Assembly: GCA_964016885.1 (NCBI GenBank)
Contig: OZ024748.1
Span: forward strand, 29,698,001 to 29,762,000
Reading direction: 5' to 3'
Source of the DNA: Eledone cirrhosa
Lineage: Eukaryota
Length of the DNA stretch: 64,000 nt
A program made the position numbers and the translations under genes. The notes beneath the pieces are model-generated. The model did no database searches and was not told the origin of the DNA. It worked only from the letters and a program-made list of their open reading frames with translations. Of this stretch, positions 26,634-39,500 are shown piece after piece (positions within the stretch are counted from its first letter, which is position 1; each line of letters starts with the position of its first letter).

Positions 26634-27100
26634 CTAGCAGAAAAACCACCCTTTGGGTGGTTTTCTGCTAGCATGTGTAGTGTGTATATTAATATTATAC
26701 GCAAGTATATATACATGTAGATATGATACATCAAATAAAATCATAATTGACATTATACACAGAAATTGAAGAGAGTCTGTGTTACACTTTATGTAATCAG
26801 TAACGTAATCGATGATACATTAAAAAAAAGACAAACTGCATTAGGAGAAAATTAGTGACAGAAAATTAATATGTTTATTTAAGCGATCGCCACCGGAAGT
26901 GTTGACATTTGAAAATTTTAAAGAAGTGAATCTTTAAATAAATCATAAAATATATTTAATGAACAGCCACAAAATTTAGTAGATAAATTATGTAATATTC
27001 ATTCATTATTTATTCAAAGTAATCCAACTTATTTTACTAATGGGATAAAAAATTATAAACCGTACGCAGTCCTGCGCTTCTTACTTTATTATAGTTTAGA
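26634..27100 (-). mobile_element. Complete non-autonomous Helitron (467 bp)
   Basis: On the minus strand: A|TCTAAACTATAATAAAG ... ccaccc-aaa-gggtgg-tttttctgCTAG|T, i.e. canonical TC/CTAG ends in an AT site. Homologous to 41181-41677. Confidence 0.8.
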
Positions 27101-27279
27101 TAAATTGATTTGAAGATTTCACTGTAATTTTGATGAAATAGTTTAATAACAGAGTATATAAACCCACTGAGAGTTCAGTAGGTTTATATACACCCTCTTA
27201 TTAAAATTACGGCGAAATCTTCTAATTCAATTTTCAAATTCCACTCGCCATTTTCTAAACATATATATATATAGTAATA

Positions 27280-27323
<44 letters not shown>

Positions 27324-27511
27324 TAATAATAAATATATATATATATATATATATAAAGGGCGGTGCCCCAGCATGGCCTCAGCCGGATGGCTGAAACAGG
27401 TAAAAGAGTAAAAGAGTATATATAGTAATAATAAATAAATATATATATAGTAATAATAAATAAATATATATATATATAGTAATAATAAATAAATATATAT
27501 AGTAATAATAA

Positions 27512-27549
<38 letters not shown>

Positions 27550-28199
27550 ATAATAAATACAAAGACCAAAATCAAAGAGGGCCCCATAAGGATTGTACAT
27601 ATATATATATATATAAAAATATAACTAAACTCCTAGAGCAAATATTTATTATTAGTACAGATTAAATTTTAAGCAAAGAATTTCTACTTTTATCCTACTT
27701 CTGAAACTGAGAAAAATAAATCTGTAGACGCAGAGCAGAAGTAAATATGCAAAAACAGGACAACATAATGATGGTTTGTGAAGACATTCTCTTGCGATGT
27801 GCGAAATATATGCAAGAAGAATTACATCATTATATGGAGTGATGAGAAGAACAAATTCTTGCTATGAAAAAATCAGGAGACTCATATTCGTTTTAGAATA
27901 GCCGAACGATTTCCAGCTACTATGTATGGAAAATGATGTAAATAAAGTAAAAAGATAAACGAAAAAAATTAAAGTAATAATAATGATGATGAGAACATTA
28001 ATAGTAGTGTTATAGGATATATACACATACATACAAGATATACATACATATACATAAATAAATACATTTTGGTATAAGTTTGACTGTTCTTAGCTACCAC
28101 ATCATGATGTATATTATCAGTATAGTGTCCATACTATCTGTGAGGATATGTAAGGCTGTAATACAAGAAAGTTTTATACAATTTGTGCTTACAAGCTGA

Positions 28200-29690
28200 A
28201 ATTGCTTTAGATTTTTTCTTTAAAATCCGTTCCTTGGTGTAATTTCCAGGGCTTCGGCAGTGAAAAGATCACACAGCCTTTTATTTCCGTTATACAATCT
28301 AGCTTTAACTAATATCTCCCAGTGTAACCTATACTGGATGTTATTATCTTTTAAATTCAGATATAGGCTGAAAGTAAAGTCATGTTCCTTCTTAAAGGGT
28401 TATGAAATGAATGAGACGATACTTAAATCTGTTGGCAGTTAACCTTATGTAAGCCTTACTAGTAATGGTTGTATCAACCTTACATTTGTAAACTATCTTA
28501 CATGATAGTCATTTCCTGGCTAGAGTGCAGTAGTCCTTATTGATACAACTGCAGCTAGACCTAACTTTAGGATTATTTATATTATTATGGCTAGGTAATT
28601 TAGCTAAATTAAATGCAATGATGTTATGTGTGAGGTTGTGGGAGTTGTGGAATAGGACATTTTAACTGTGTTTCTATTAAAAAAATTTTGTGATACTTAT
28701 GAGCTAATGGGAAATGCTTCCTAATTAAAGTAAGAAAGGTTTTAGCTATTAGTGTGGCCGCTTCTATATTATGTCGTGGGTTATACCATATAATGCGTTG
28801 GGATCTATTTTACATAGGTTTTTGCTCGTATTTAGTGTAGTCTACCTATCTACAAATCCACTCGGAGCTAGAGTTTCATTGTAATATTTGGAATGATTGG
28901 TGAAGATATGCTCATTAGCTGATAAATGAGAAAGCCTGAATGAGACGTTTTCGACCAGATTTTTGGTAATGCTGGCTGGCTGGTTAGAATGCTTACTAAT
29001 GTAATTTAACGAATCATTAGACTTTCTATATGGGTAGTACAGGCTATTCAACATATTGAATGTCATGTCTTGGAAATTCACAACATATAGATTAGCCTCA
29101 ACTTGAATGGAAAGGTTGAAGCCTTTAAAGAAAGCAATAAGTTCCCCTTTCTAAACCTATTGATAGCACGGGGTCCACACTTAGTCATAGTCAAAATACC
29201 ATCATCACAACACAGACCTCTGCCTCCTTGACGGAAAAGAGTAGAAATAGACAAATAAGGTTTGTGACCTCCACCAAATCGCAGGCACCTGTGCTCGCAT
29301 CAAACGGGGTACGGTTTGATATTTTAAACCCAACAGAGTTGTTGAAATTTATCACAGCTTTCGAGCATTTAAGATGATGTCAACTTCAAAGTCCTTTAAC
29401 CTTCATGAGGTTTTTGGGGAAATTAATAGCTCTAAGAAGGAGTGGTAAGGTGATGGAAGAATAGTAGCTGTTGATGTTGAATTGCATAAAATGGCAATAT
29501 TCCATGTTATGTTTGCCACTGAACCAATCAATCAGCATGAAAACTTTATTCCACAGAGCTAGAGGGGCCATACTTCTAATTTATGGGATAATCCTATTTA
29601 AAATTTTACTAAGTCTACCTAAATCAGACTTAGTGGGGTTAATGTTTAAATCTATTCATAAAGTACCTATTGTCATCTCAGGTAATGTCC
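28200..29690 (-). mobile_element. Decayed Penelope-like retroelement (RT + GIY-YIG endonuclease)
   Basis: Fragments FMQFNINSYYSSI, GLCCDDGIL (YxDD region), YRK..SKHSNQP..RLSHLS, RIIWYNP and IVYKCKV..KAYI..T..RFKYR. Confidence 0.8.
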
Positions 29691-30765
29691 ATTTTCCTTA
29701 GAATAAAAGATATTAAAAGGTATTTAAATATTCCATGGTATAATTTTAAAAATATATTTAGAATATCTAAATACAGAAAGTAATAAAGAAAATAATAGAA
29801 TAATGTATTCTAAGAAAATTGTAAAACATTTACAGAACTTCAGTATATTCAATGTTTTAACTTTTTTCTTTGGAGTATATATGAAGAGTTTGAGTTTATG
29901 GGGTCTTCCTAGTATGGAATAACCTATCGACATTTGACTGTGTGAGAAACATCCTTAGAAGGTGACCAACAACCAGAAGTGTTTGACTTTGGGACTTGTT
30001 GATAGTCAGCATAACTGATTTTCACTGGGAATTGCAATTGTTTGAAACGAAAGGGAAACCTGTTGGTATTAGTGGCATTCTAGGTATAAATGTGATGTCT
30101 CCTTTACCACATCCAGTGAGGATTTGGGTTTTGATACTGTGAAGCTCTAGTTCAGTTACAACCATATGCATCCAATTGCACAGTCATGGCTGATCCAGGT
30201 TTCTGAGAAGCATGATGACTGCGCCTTTCTTCAATTCAAGGTTGTGTAGCATCATGCCAGACAGTTCCAGATTGATGAGAATTTCAACAGGATAATGAAC
30301 ATGAACAGCTTCATCCTTGTCAACAACATTGTTGATAGATTTTTAGGTCTGGCTACCTCCAGGGATCATTTATGAGAGATTTTGTTGATGGCATTCACTG
30401 TGATATTTTGAGGTGCAAGAATTGCTCATTCACACAGACACTCCTCATTGGAATGGTGGATTTAGAAATTGAGGAACACTTGATAATTTAGTTTACAACA
30501 CTTTCCACAATAGTAGTAAATGATGAAGGATCAAAACATCCTTCAGTACCAAGGGATTGCTTTTCTATAAATTTAAATAGCTGAGAGGTGTTTATCTGTA
30601 ATTCTGAGTGTCTTCCGTCCTTCCCACGTCTGTTATTCGCACTGAAGGTTAGTAAAATCCGAGAGTCCCCCCTCATTCCGTTTTCGTAAAAGGCGATTGC
30701 AAGCATATCAGAGATTAGATTAGTTGAAAACCTATGAAAAAACCTTGAAAGGAAATTTTTTTCGC
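29690..30765 (-). mobile_element. Helitron remnant with a Pif1-like helicase C-terminal fragment
   Basis: The reverse strand encodes IPRMPLIPT..FPF..KQLQFP....MLTINKSQ. Colinear with the 53.6-54.5 kb copy. Confidence 0.8.
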
Positions 30766-30854
30766 AATCTCTATATATATATATACATATATATACATAT
30801 ATGTATACATATACATATTCACTGTAATTGAGTCACATCCTCCAGATTACTTAC

Positions 30855-31024
30855 ATCAGTGAGCGAAGACTGCTCAGCACTTTCAGAATAGCCGTTCCGG
30901 ATTAGTTTGGATCCCATGGTTGCCATACAGAATCCCAGGTCTGCCACAACACAACTCAAGTTGGGTCGGATGAGAACATTCCTTGAATTGAAATCTCGAT
31001 GTGCTATGGCAGGCTTTACTTTAT
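30855..31024 (-). CDS. BMPR2: BMPR2 kinase exon, catalytic loop (DKVKPAIAHRDFNSRNVLIRPNLSCVVADLGFCM...SLTD)
   Basis: tttcag| acceptor and |gtaagt donor; 170 nt, phase 1/0. HRD.NSRN is typical of BMPR2. Confidence 0.95.
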
Positions 31025-31457
31025 CTGAAATATAAACCAACAATAATTGAGTTAAGCTTACTAATTATTAATAGATTAATTATGTTACACCACCTGATCA
31101 GAGTGAACAAGTCGACCTAATGTCAGCTTGGTCACCAGGGCTGGGTTGAAAATATGAAAGGATAATTTCATCAGAACATCACATTCCATCCAAATTACTC
31201 CACAATACTGCTTTTCTACACTGGCAAGTATTGAATGATGGTGATGGTGGTAGGGGTGTAATAGGTATATTGTATATGGTGGTGGTAGGGGGTGTAGCAG
31301 ATGTATTGTATATAGTGACAATGATGATAATGATGATGTTGACAATGAAAATGTTTGCAAACAATAATGAAACAACATAAAAAAACGATAGATAAATAGC
31401 TTCTGTTACAACTGTGCTGCCATGTGCACAAAGTGCAAGTGCCAGTATAGAACATAC

Positions 31458-32006
31458 CTCCCTTGGTGATGTCCAGATGTAAATGTGCCAGGCCACGAGT
31501 AAGTGACAGAATAATACAACACATCTCTGACCAGTCGATGGTGTGTTCCCGTAGGTAGTTCATTAGTGTACCATTTGGTACATATGAAAGTACAAGACAG
31601 TACTGGTGCAGCCCTTCGCTGTTAACCAGCTCATCTGCGCCGTAAAACTTGAGCAGGTTGTCATGCTCCATGTGAGGTAATGAGTAGATGTATTTCTCAT
31701 TGTTGTAGAACTGTCGCTGGTTGTGGTAGAAGACCTTCACTGCAACAGGCTTGCCATTCAATTTGCCAGACCAAACCTCCCCAGATTTGCCCTTTGCAAT
31801 CACATCCAACATCTTCACATTGCTGATGTCTATACCTGGTGGTACGCTCGGCACCTCCTCTACAATCTCTGGCTGTGGTTGACGCCGTTTCCAGTAAATG
31901 CGGTATAGTAAGAATCCGATAGCAAAGAGAAAGCTGACAGCCCCAAACAGGCATATGAAGATGATGAGGATGATGTTTTTGTTGTATTTTTCTATGACAG
32001 GAGTAT
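31458..32006 (-). CDS. BMPR2: BMPR2 exon: transmembrane helix and kinase subdomains I-VIa
   Basis: acag| acceptor and |gtatgt donor; 549 nt, phase 1/1. TM IILIIFICLFGAVSFLFAIGFLLY, then VAVKVF, MEHDNLLKF and GLAHLH. Confidence 0.95.
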
Positions 32007-32044
32007 CTGTGGAGTAAAGAATTGAAACACATTTTAGTTGTGGG

Positions 32045-32560
32045 CATACATGTAACCACATGCACACACACACATGTAACCACATGCACACATACAGATG
32101 TAACCACATGCACACATACACACATACATGTAACCACATGCACACACACACACATGTAACCACATGCACACATACAGATGTAACCACATGCACACATACA
32201 CACATACATGTAACCATATGCACACACACACACACGTAACCACATGCACACACATACATGTAACCACACATACAGATGTAACCAGACACACGTAACCACA
32301 TGCACACATGTGCATGTAACCACACATACAGATGTAACCACATGCACACACATACATGTAACCACACATACACATGTAACCACATGCACACACATACATG
32401 TAATTACACACACACATACATGTGACCACATGCACACAAGCATGTAACTACACACACACACATACACATGTAACCACATGCACACACATACATGTAACTA
32501 CACGCACATATATATGTAACCACACATATACATTTAATCACACACACATACATACACACA
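32045..32560. repeat. Intronic minisatellite (catgtaaccacatgcacaca)n
   Basis: Read directly. Confidence 0.9.
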
Positions 32561-32651
32561 TTTCCAACCAACCTGGCGCACAACCAACCACACACATCCC
32601 ACCCATTCTTAACCTAACCTTCACCCAGTCAATTGACATTTAACTGTTTAA

Positions 32652-32852
32652 CCTTTTCATTACAACATACCTAATAAATGACACTGCTAAGAACTTTCAA
32701 ATAATTTTGAGGGGTCCCATAAAACAACTAACTTTCTCATTATTAACTTAACAAAGATTCTTAGATAAAATCATGACATGAGGTTCTTAGATAAATATAA
32801 ACACTTTAAAAGAAACGGGAGGGGGTGTTTCAAGTGGGTTGGTATCAAAAGG
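32652..32852. mobile_element. TTAA-flanked piggyBac-like MITE
   Basis: TTAA on both sides (32648-51 and 32853-56). Imperfect TIRs ccttttcattacaac / ccttttgataccaac. Confidence 0.55.
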
Positions 32853-32948
32853 TTAAGACATATAACTGAATCATACCCCATCCCGACCCCATATCTTTCC
32901 AGTCAAAAGATCTGTAAGCCCTCATTTGTTCCACCACAATGTACTTAC

Positions 32949-33131
32949 CAGTAGTTGTTGGTAAGGGGGAAATGGGCAGAGACTCGTTTAGGCTGGTGAA
33001 ATTGGCATTACACCTGTACCCAGAACAGCAGCAGTACCTGGAACTGGAGTTCTTTTTATCAGGAGTGGCATTGCTTACTTGAGGTATACATTCTTCCTGG
33101 CAATTTTCTGATTCACTGTAGCTCCAACAAT
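32949..33131 (-). CDS. BMPR2: BMPR2 exon, C-terminal half of the Cys-rich ligand-binding domain (CWSY...CQEECIP...YCCCSGYRCNANF)
   Basis: ttacag| acceptor and |gtaagt donor; 183 nt, phase 1/1. Contains the CCCx4CN cysteine box. Not present in the ORF track. Confidence 0.92.
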
Positions 33132-33342
33132 CTGTAAATTATAATATATATGCATATATATATATATATATATATAAGTTGTGTGTTAAGCAGCCAAAAT
33201 ATGAGATGAAGTTAAATATATATATATATATATGAAAGTATTGAAGTTTGCTTGAAGCTTTGTGGAATATGAAAAGTGGTCGTTTTGGAAGCTTCTACAA
33301 TGCAGATGGATAAATCTCCGAGTAACAAAATCAGGTGGCAGT

Positions 33343-34055
33343 AGGAAGAGAAATGTAAAATGAAATGAAGTTACCTTGGAATAGATTTATTGGTCCCTAT
33401 AATTCAGATTTCACATCCGTTATCAGAGGATTCCAAAGGAACTTTGGAGGTTTGTCAGAAAAGAATATACATGGTTTTTTGCTACAAGTGTCGGTGTCTG
33501 ACTGATTGAAATATGTCAAAGAATATTCCTTATGGGGTGCATGCATGTGAAATCGGCGCAGTCATAGTTAGTAGTCAACTCTAAAGCGTATAATGGGCAT
33601 GATATGGCAGGGTTGGTGTGCACGTGTGACTGTTGTTGTCTCCTTGCATTCTGGTAGTGGCTCTGGTTGATGTGTAAAAAGTAGGTACAGCAGAGCCTGT
33701 CCACCTATTTGTTTGTATGCCGATAGGTGGGTGAAATGTACAATAACATTCATTAGCTCATCTATTATTGCGTGTATGTTGTTGTTCAGGTTAGACTAGC
33801 CACTGCGTTTCGCTCCTTTTAACGACCTCTGAATGACTGTGCCGATTTTGCGTGTGTGTGCCCGACAGGAAATATTTGCTGGTATATTTCAATCACTCTG
33901 ACATCAACACTAACAACAAACGGCCACATAACTGCTTTTCTGACAAACCTCTGAAGTACCTTCGGAATCCCCTGATGATGGATGTGAAATCCGAAATATT
34001 CCAAGGTAACGTTATCTTTGGTTTTCATTTTATTTTATTTTACATTTCTCTTCCT
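33343..34055. mobile_element. Foldback/MITE-like element with ~225-bp diverged inverted arms
   Basis: 33343-33570 is the diverged reverse complement of 33830-34055. Confidence 0.75.
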
Positions 34056-34427
34056 CTTATCTCCTAAGGAGAAACTGGGTTTAAGAGGAATCAGAAGTGG
34101 TGTGCATTGGTATGGACATGTAATGCTCATGGATAATAATCGTAGGAAATCCTAGTGGTAGGAAACTGCAGTAGAGGAAGATCAAGGAAGACATGGGTAG
34201 AGGCGGTGAGAGCTGACAAAGGAGCACGCCGATTGAAAAGATGCTGTGCTGAAAAGGATTTGTCCAACCCAAGCAAATGTGGAAAAGCGGACGTAAAAAC
34301 AATAATGATGAATAGAAGTAACCAAGACAGCATAAATGTGTATATAAATTTACACATTTTTAGGAAATATCAACATGTAAACATACCAAATATATGTAGC
34401 TCCCTGTAACTTGTTTAGATGATATAC

Positions 34428-34476
34428 ATATCTTCTAATGAAAGCCCAATTAGGCTTGAAAATCAGTTAAAGGTGT
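34428..34476 (+). ncRNA. Degenerate minimal hammerhead (G5A) inside a small inverted-repeat-flanked element (34311-34574)
   Basis: atctt-CTAATGA-aagcc(caatta)ggctt-GAAA-atcagt-TA-aaggt. Confidence 0.5.
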
Positions 34477-34587
34477 TTGTAATCTTTTTCAATGCACATG
34501 GAAATACTTACATTAGTCATGCTTACTAAATGTAAAATTATATACACATTTATGAAGTCTCAGTTATTTCTATTCTGTATATGTATA

Positions 34588-34652
<65 letters not shown>

Positions 34653-35429
34653 CTTGAGAAAAACACACCCAGTCCATCCTGCAAATTGGTCATGTTGGCA
34701 ACATGACAAAAAGCACACAGTCCATGCTGTAAATGTGGTTGGTGTTAGGAAGAGCATCCAGTTGTGTGTGAGCAAGACATGGTCACCTGATCTGACATGT
34801 CTCACAACAGGGCAACTCATTTAGAAATGGATGTTATATGGTGATGATATATATATATATATATATAACATGACAAAAAGCACCCGGTCCACCCTGTAAA
34901 TTGGTCATGTTGCTGACATGACAAAAAGCACCCTGTCCAACCTGTCAGTTTATTATTTTGTTGCCACGACAAAAAGCACCCAGTAAATTGGTCACGTTGC
35001 TGACATGACAAAAAGCACCCTGTTCACGCTGTAAATGTGGAAGGGCATCCAGCTGTCAGTTCTGTATGAGCAAGACATGGTCATCTGATCTGACTCGTCT
35101 CAAAATGGGACAACTTGTCTAACCCATGCTAGTGTGGAAAAATGGATGTTAAACAGTAGTGATGATGATGATGATGATATATATTTTGAACAATGAAAAC
35201 AAAATGCAAAGTTTCAAGCTTAATCAGTTCACTGTTTTATGATCTTTTCAGAAGAATGATTGATCATAATAAATCGATATAGTGACTAATTGATAGTAGT
35301 TATGTAACTCCATATTATTAGTCTCAACACTATAGATTCATCTTACCGTATATGCAGAGAAACAGTTAGTACTGGCGTAATTATAATCATTGCATTGCAC
35401 TTCTAAATAACTTCTTCTATAAACAAACT

Positions 35430-36120
35430 TATAAGGCACGGAATGAGGAGAGAATAGTGGGTTCGCGAATCGGGTTACAAATCAACACCCAAGAAACCAA
35501 GGTTATTAAGGTAGAAAGCAACCCTGGCCAGGCGGTTGCAGTTAAGGTGAAGCAACAGGAGCTGGATGAGGTCAACCACTTCACATCCCTTGGTAGCATC
35601 CTGAGCAACAGTGGCATAATTGAGCTAGACATCAACTGCATGATTGGAAAGGCGACCACAGTGTTCAAATGCAGCCATCAGCACATACATCAAGCTGCAC
35701 TTGCACTTCCCATTGTACTTCTCATGGCCATCTACGCCTGCAAAATGTGGAAATGCACTGCTAAGATGGATAAACATCTAAACACTTTCCATCAAACGTG
35801 CTTGTATTAGATTGTATGGGGCCCCATGGCGAGATAAGGTTAGGAATGAAGAGATCCTGTAGAGAGTAGGGTGGTGTACACTGCAGGAAATCATCACGGA
35901 TTGCTGATTCTGTTTTGCAAGTTCATTCTGTGCCTGCCAGAATATCGCCCATCAAAAACAGCGATGACATAGACTTCCCTTGAAGGCAAGCGGACATTCT
36001 AAAGTGACCTACAAACTGTCATCACCTGGCACAGATGTCAACAAGCTGCCACTGGCCAACAGCATTGGGGACGATTGGTAGACTTATATTCTCCATGAAA
36101 CAAGCCAGACTAAGAGCTAA
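35430..36120 (+). mobile_element. Old RTE-like LINE 3' fragment
   Basis: ORF 35457-35810 reads IGLQINTQETKVI...VNHFTSLGSIL...IGKATTVF. Confidence 0.7.
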
Positions 36121-36412
36121 GAGTTAATAAATAAACTTCCATATAAATAACTATCCCACCTACCACTAACTAATAAAAACGAACCACCACCAACATCTGA
36201 GCAAACCTGTGGTTAAACAACAATACAACAGAAATCGTGCCAATGGAGGGGGCTTCTATGACAATGCTTGACCTGGTAGAAATAGCGGTTACAGATACTG
36301 CTAACCACACCTACTGTTTAAAAAAAAAATAAAATCCTCAATAGTATAGCTAAGAGGGAGGAAAATAGGTTTTCTTGTATATATTTGAGTATGTGGGGAA
36401 AAAACTGGAGGG

Positions 36413-36447
<35 letters not shown>

Positions 36448-36599
36448 CTACTCCACAGACAGATATTTTGTTTGACAAAGAGTGTCTGAGTTCTTTAGTA
36501 AATCACTGTTATTTTTATTTATTTATTTTTGAGAAATCAATAATAAAAAAGTTACAGCTTTTTAAAAATTGCATTTAAAAATAATTTTAACCAACCAGT

Positions 36600-39500
36600 C
36601 TCCATTTCATGCTGTAAAAACTGGCAATGGGCCTGCAACCTGCCCTGGATGGCACGGAATGGACATCAAAAATTACATATGCCAAAACCCCAAAGAAGGT
36701 TTGGAAGGGAGCAAACCATGACAATTGGATAATGGAGGAGGCTAGATGCTACCAGTTTGATACAGTCAGGGTTTCCTCAAGAAACTTCCATAGCTCTAAA
36801 TTTGGATGGAGGATAGAAACTCAACTATTTAGGTGTGGTGCCAGAAATGACTATATAGGTATGAGTGGGAATACTTACAAGCCCCGGTTGTCAGATGGTG
36901 TTATCGGCTGGACACGATTAGGAAGAAGGATTTGCCTCTTGAAGCTTAGGGTAAAAGATAGGTCTCTGTGAATGGTGCAAGTTTATGCACCAAACAAGGT
37001 ACAAATCCTTCCTTGATGAAGTCACTGCAGCATTAGATGTAGTTAAGACTGAGTCATGCATCTTAATGGGAAACTTCAATGCACATGTTGCCACTGACCA
37101 CCTGATTGGAAGGAACAGTAATCTTGATCTAATACCTTATTAGACTACTGTTCTAGCAATGAACTGTCTATTATGAACACCCTCTTCCTGTAGAGAGACA
37201 TCTATAAATATACATGGTCACAGCAGAGACAGTAAAGGTGGGAGGATTTTGGGGTTAAGCTGGAATCTGACTTCAGATCAGCAAATAAAGTGTTATGGCA
37301 GGCCATCTGCTGACTTTGTAATAAGTAACATGCATCCTTGTGAGGTGGAGAGAATAACGGTGGGACACACTATGGTCACCCGGATAGTAAACCAAGTCAT
37401 ACAGAATGGGGTCGTTCCGAAGGATTGGCGCAGCAGCATCATCATTAACTGCTACAAGGGTGATGTCCTAGATAGGGGAAACTATATATAGAGGCATTAA
37501 ATTAATCGACCAGGTCATGAAGGTCACAGAAAGAGTTATGGCGCAACTAATCAGAGAGCGAATCGATCTAGACGAAATGCAGTTCGGGTTTGTGTCAGGT
37601 AAAAGTACAACAGACGCTCTTTTCATTGTACGACAACTACAGGAGAAGTACCTAGCTAAAAGTAAACCCCTATACTTAGCTTTTGTTGACTTGGAGAAAG
37701 CCTTTGACAGAGTACCCCGCTCGATTATCTGGTGGGCCCTTAGAAAACTAGGTGTTGATGAATGGCTTGTGAGAGCTATACAAGCCATGTATAAAGAAAC
37801 AGTTAGCAAGGTCAGAATTAACAACGAATATAGTGAAGAGTTTAGCGTAAAAGTTGGTGTTCATCAGGGCTCCGTCCTTAGCCCCCTACTATTTATTATT
37901 GCCCTTCAGGCTATAACAGAGGAGTTCAAGACCGGCTGCCCATGGGAACTCCTATATGCAGATGATCTAACGCTCATAGCTGAATCAATGGCTGAACTAG
38001 AGAAGAAATTCCAAACATGGAAGCATGGCCTAGAATCAAAAGGCCTTAAAGTTAACTTGTCTAAGACTAAAGTTCTAGTTTGTAGGAAGGAAAATAGGGC
38101 ACCGGTCCCATCTGGGAAATGGCCATGCAGTGTGTAGGAAAGGAGTAGGCAGAAACTCCATTTTATGTCCCAAATGCAAAGTATGGGTACATAAAAGATG
38201 TAGTGGGATCACAGGTAAGCTAACTAAGAATATAGATTTTATATGTGGCCGGTGCTCTGGTGCAATAAGTAGCAGCAAGTGCCCACGAAATACTAACTCA
38301 TTCCATTGCACAGATGGTTCTATAGAAATAGTGGACAGCTTCCGTTACTTGGGTGACAAAATCAGCAGTGGGGGAGGGTGCTCTGAAAGTACAGTAGCTA
38401 GAGTCAGAACCGGATGGAAAAGGTTCAGAGAGCTTATACCACTATTGGCCGCTAAAGGGTTCGCTCTAAAAATGAAAGGCAGGCTGTATGATGCCTGCAT
38501 ACGAACAGCAATGTTACATGGCAGTGAGACCTGGGCATTGTGTGCAGAGGATATACGCAGACTGGAGAGAAACGAAGCTTGCATGCTCCGCTGGATGTGT
38601 AATAGTAATATACGTGAACAGCAAAGCATAAACGAACTAAGGGAGAAATTAGGAATAAGAGGGATCAGATGTTGTTTACTCGAGAGAAGACTACGTTGGT
38701 ATGGTCACGTGATGCGCATGAAAGACGACAGATGTATAAAAAAGTGCAAGGCAATAAAAATAGACGGTAGCCACGGAGTAGGCAGACCCAGAAAAACCTG
38801 GGACGACTTGATAAATTCCGACCTCACACACTTACACCTCTCCAAGACAATGTCACTGGACCGAGATCTTTGGCGCTACACAGAAATAGAGAAGACCCGC
38901 CTTACCTAAGTGCAAAGTGAAACCTACTACAGTCAGTAGGCACCTCTAACAAAATACACCCCCGTCCCACTACCCCCACCCCATCCACACCACCCCTTTC
39001 AATGTAAAGTTATGTTGGTACCACAACATCCAACCCGAAACAAATGAGGTCGTGTAGGTGTCACAACAAAAAAACACACAGTCCGCGCTGTAATGTGGCC
39101 GTGTAGGCAACACGGTAAAAACCTCCCAGTTCCACACTGTAAATGTGGTTGGTGTTAGGAAGGGCATCCAGCCGTAGAAAACCCGCCAGACAGTCCTATG
39201 CGAGCAAGACAACCACTCTTGCCTCAAGTGGGAAAACTCCCATCCAAACCCATGCAAGCGTGGAATATGGACGTTAAACGATGATGATGATGATGATGAT
39301 GATGATGCAGTAATTTGATGTACATAAGGTGTATATGGGAGTGATAAATAATCCCTTGGAGGTCACAAGAGCAATTAAAGAGCTTAAATCTGGCAAAGCT
39401 GCCGAGGAAGATGAAATTCGGCCCGAGATGTTAAAAGCCTTAAAAAGAGAAGGTATTTTCTGGCTGACACGTGTACTGGGTGGCCTAGATCTCTGGAAGG

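Noticed and set aside
30930-31000. DLG instead of DFG, and the AKGKSG glycine loop, as signs of a pseudokinase
   Set aside because: The catalytic Lys, HRD, Asn, Asp and APE are intact, and such variants occur in active type II receptors.
33375-33570. Candidate BMPR2 upstream exon ending NLFQ-G with a phase-1 donor
   Set aside because: There is an in-frame TAG 8 codons upstream, and the segment is one arm of an inverted-repeat element.
35347-35402. Possible small Cys-containing exon on - (VQCNDYNYASTNCFSAYT|gtaaga)
   Set aside because: Its phase-0 end is incompatible with the phase-1 exon at 33131, and it has no pyrimidine tract.
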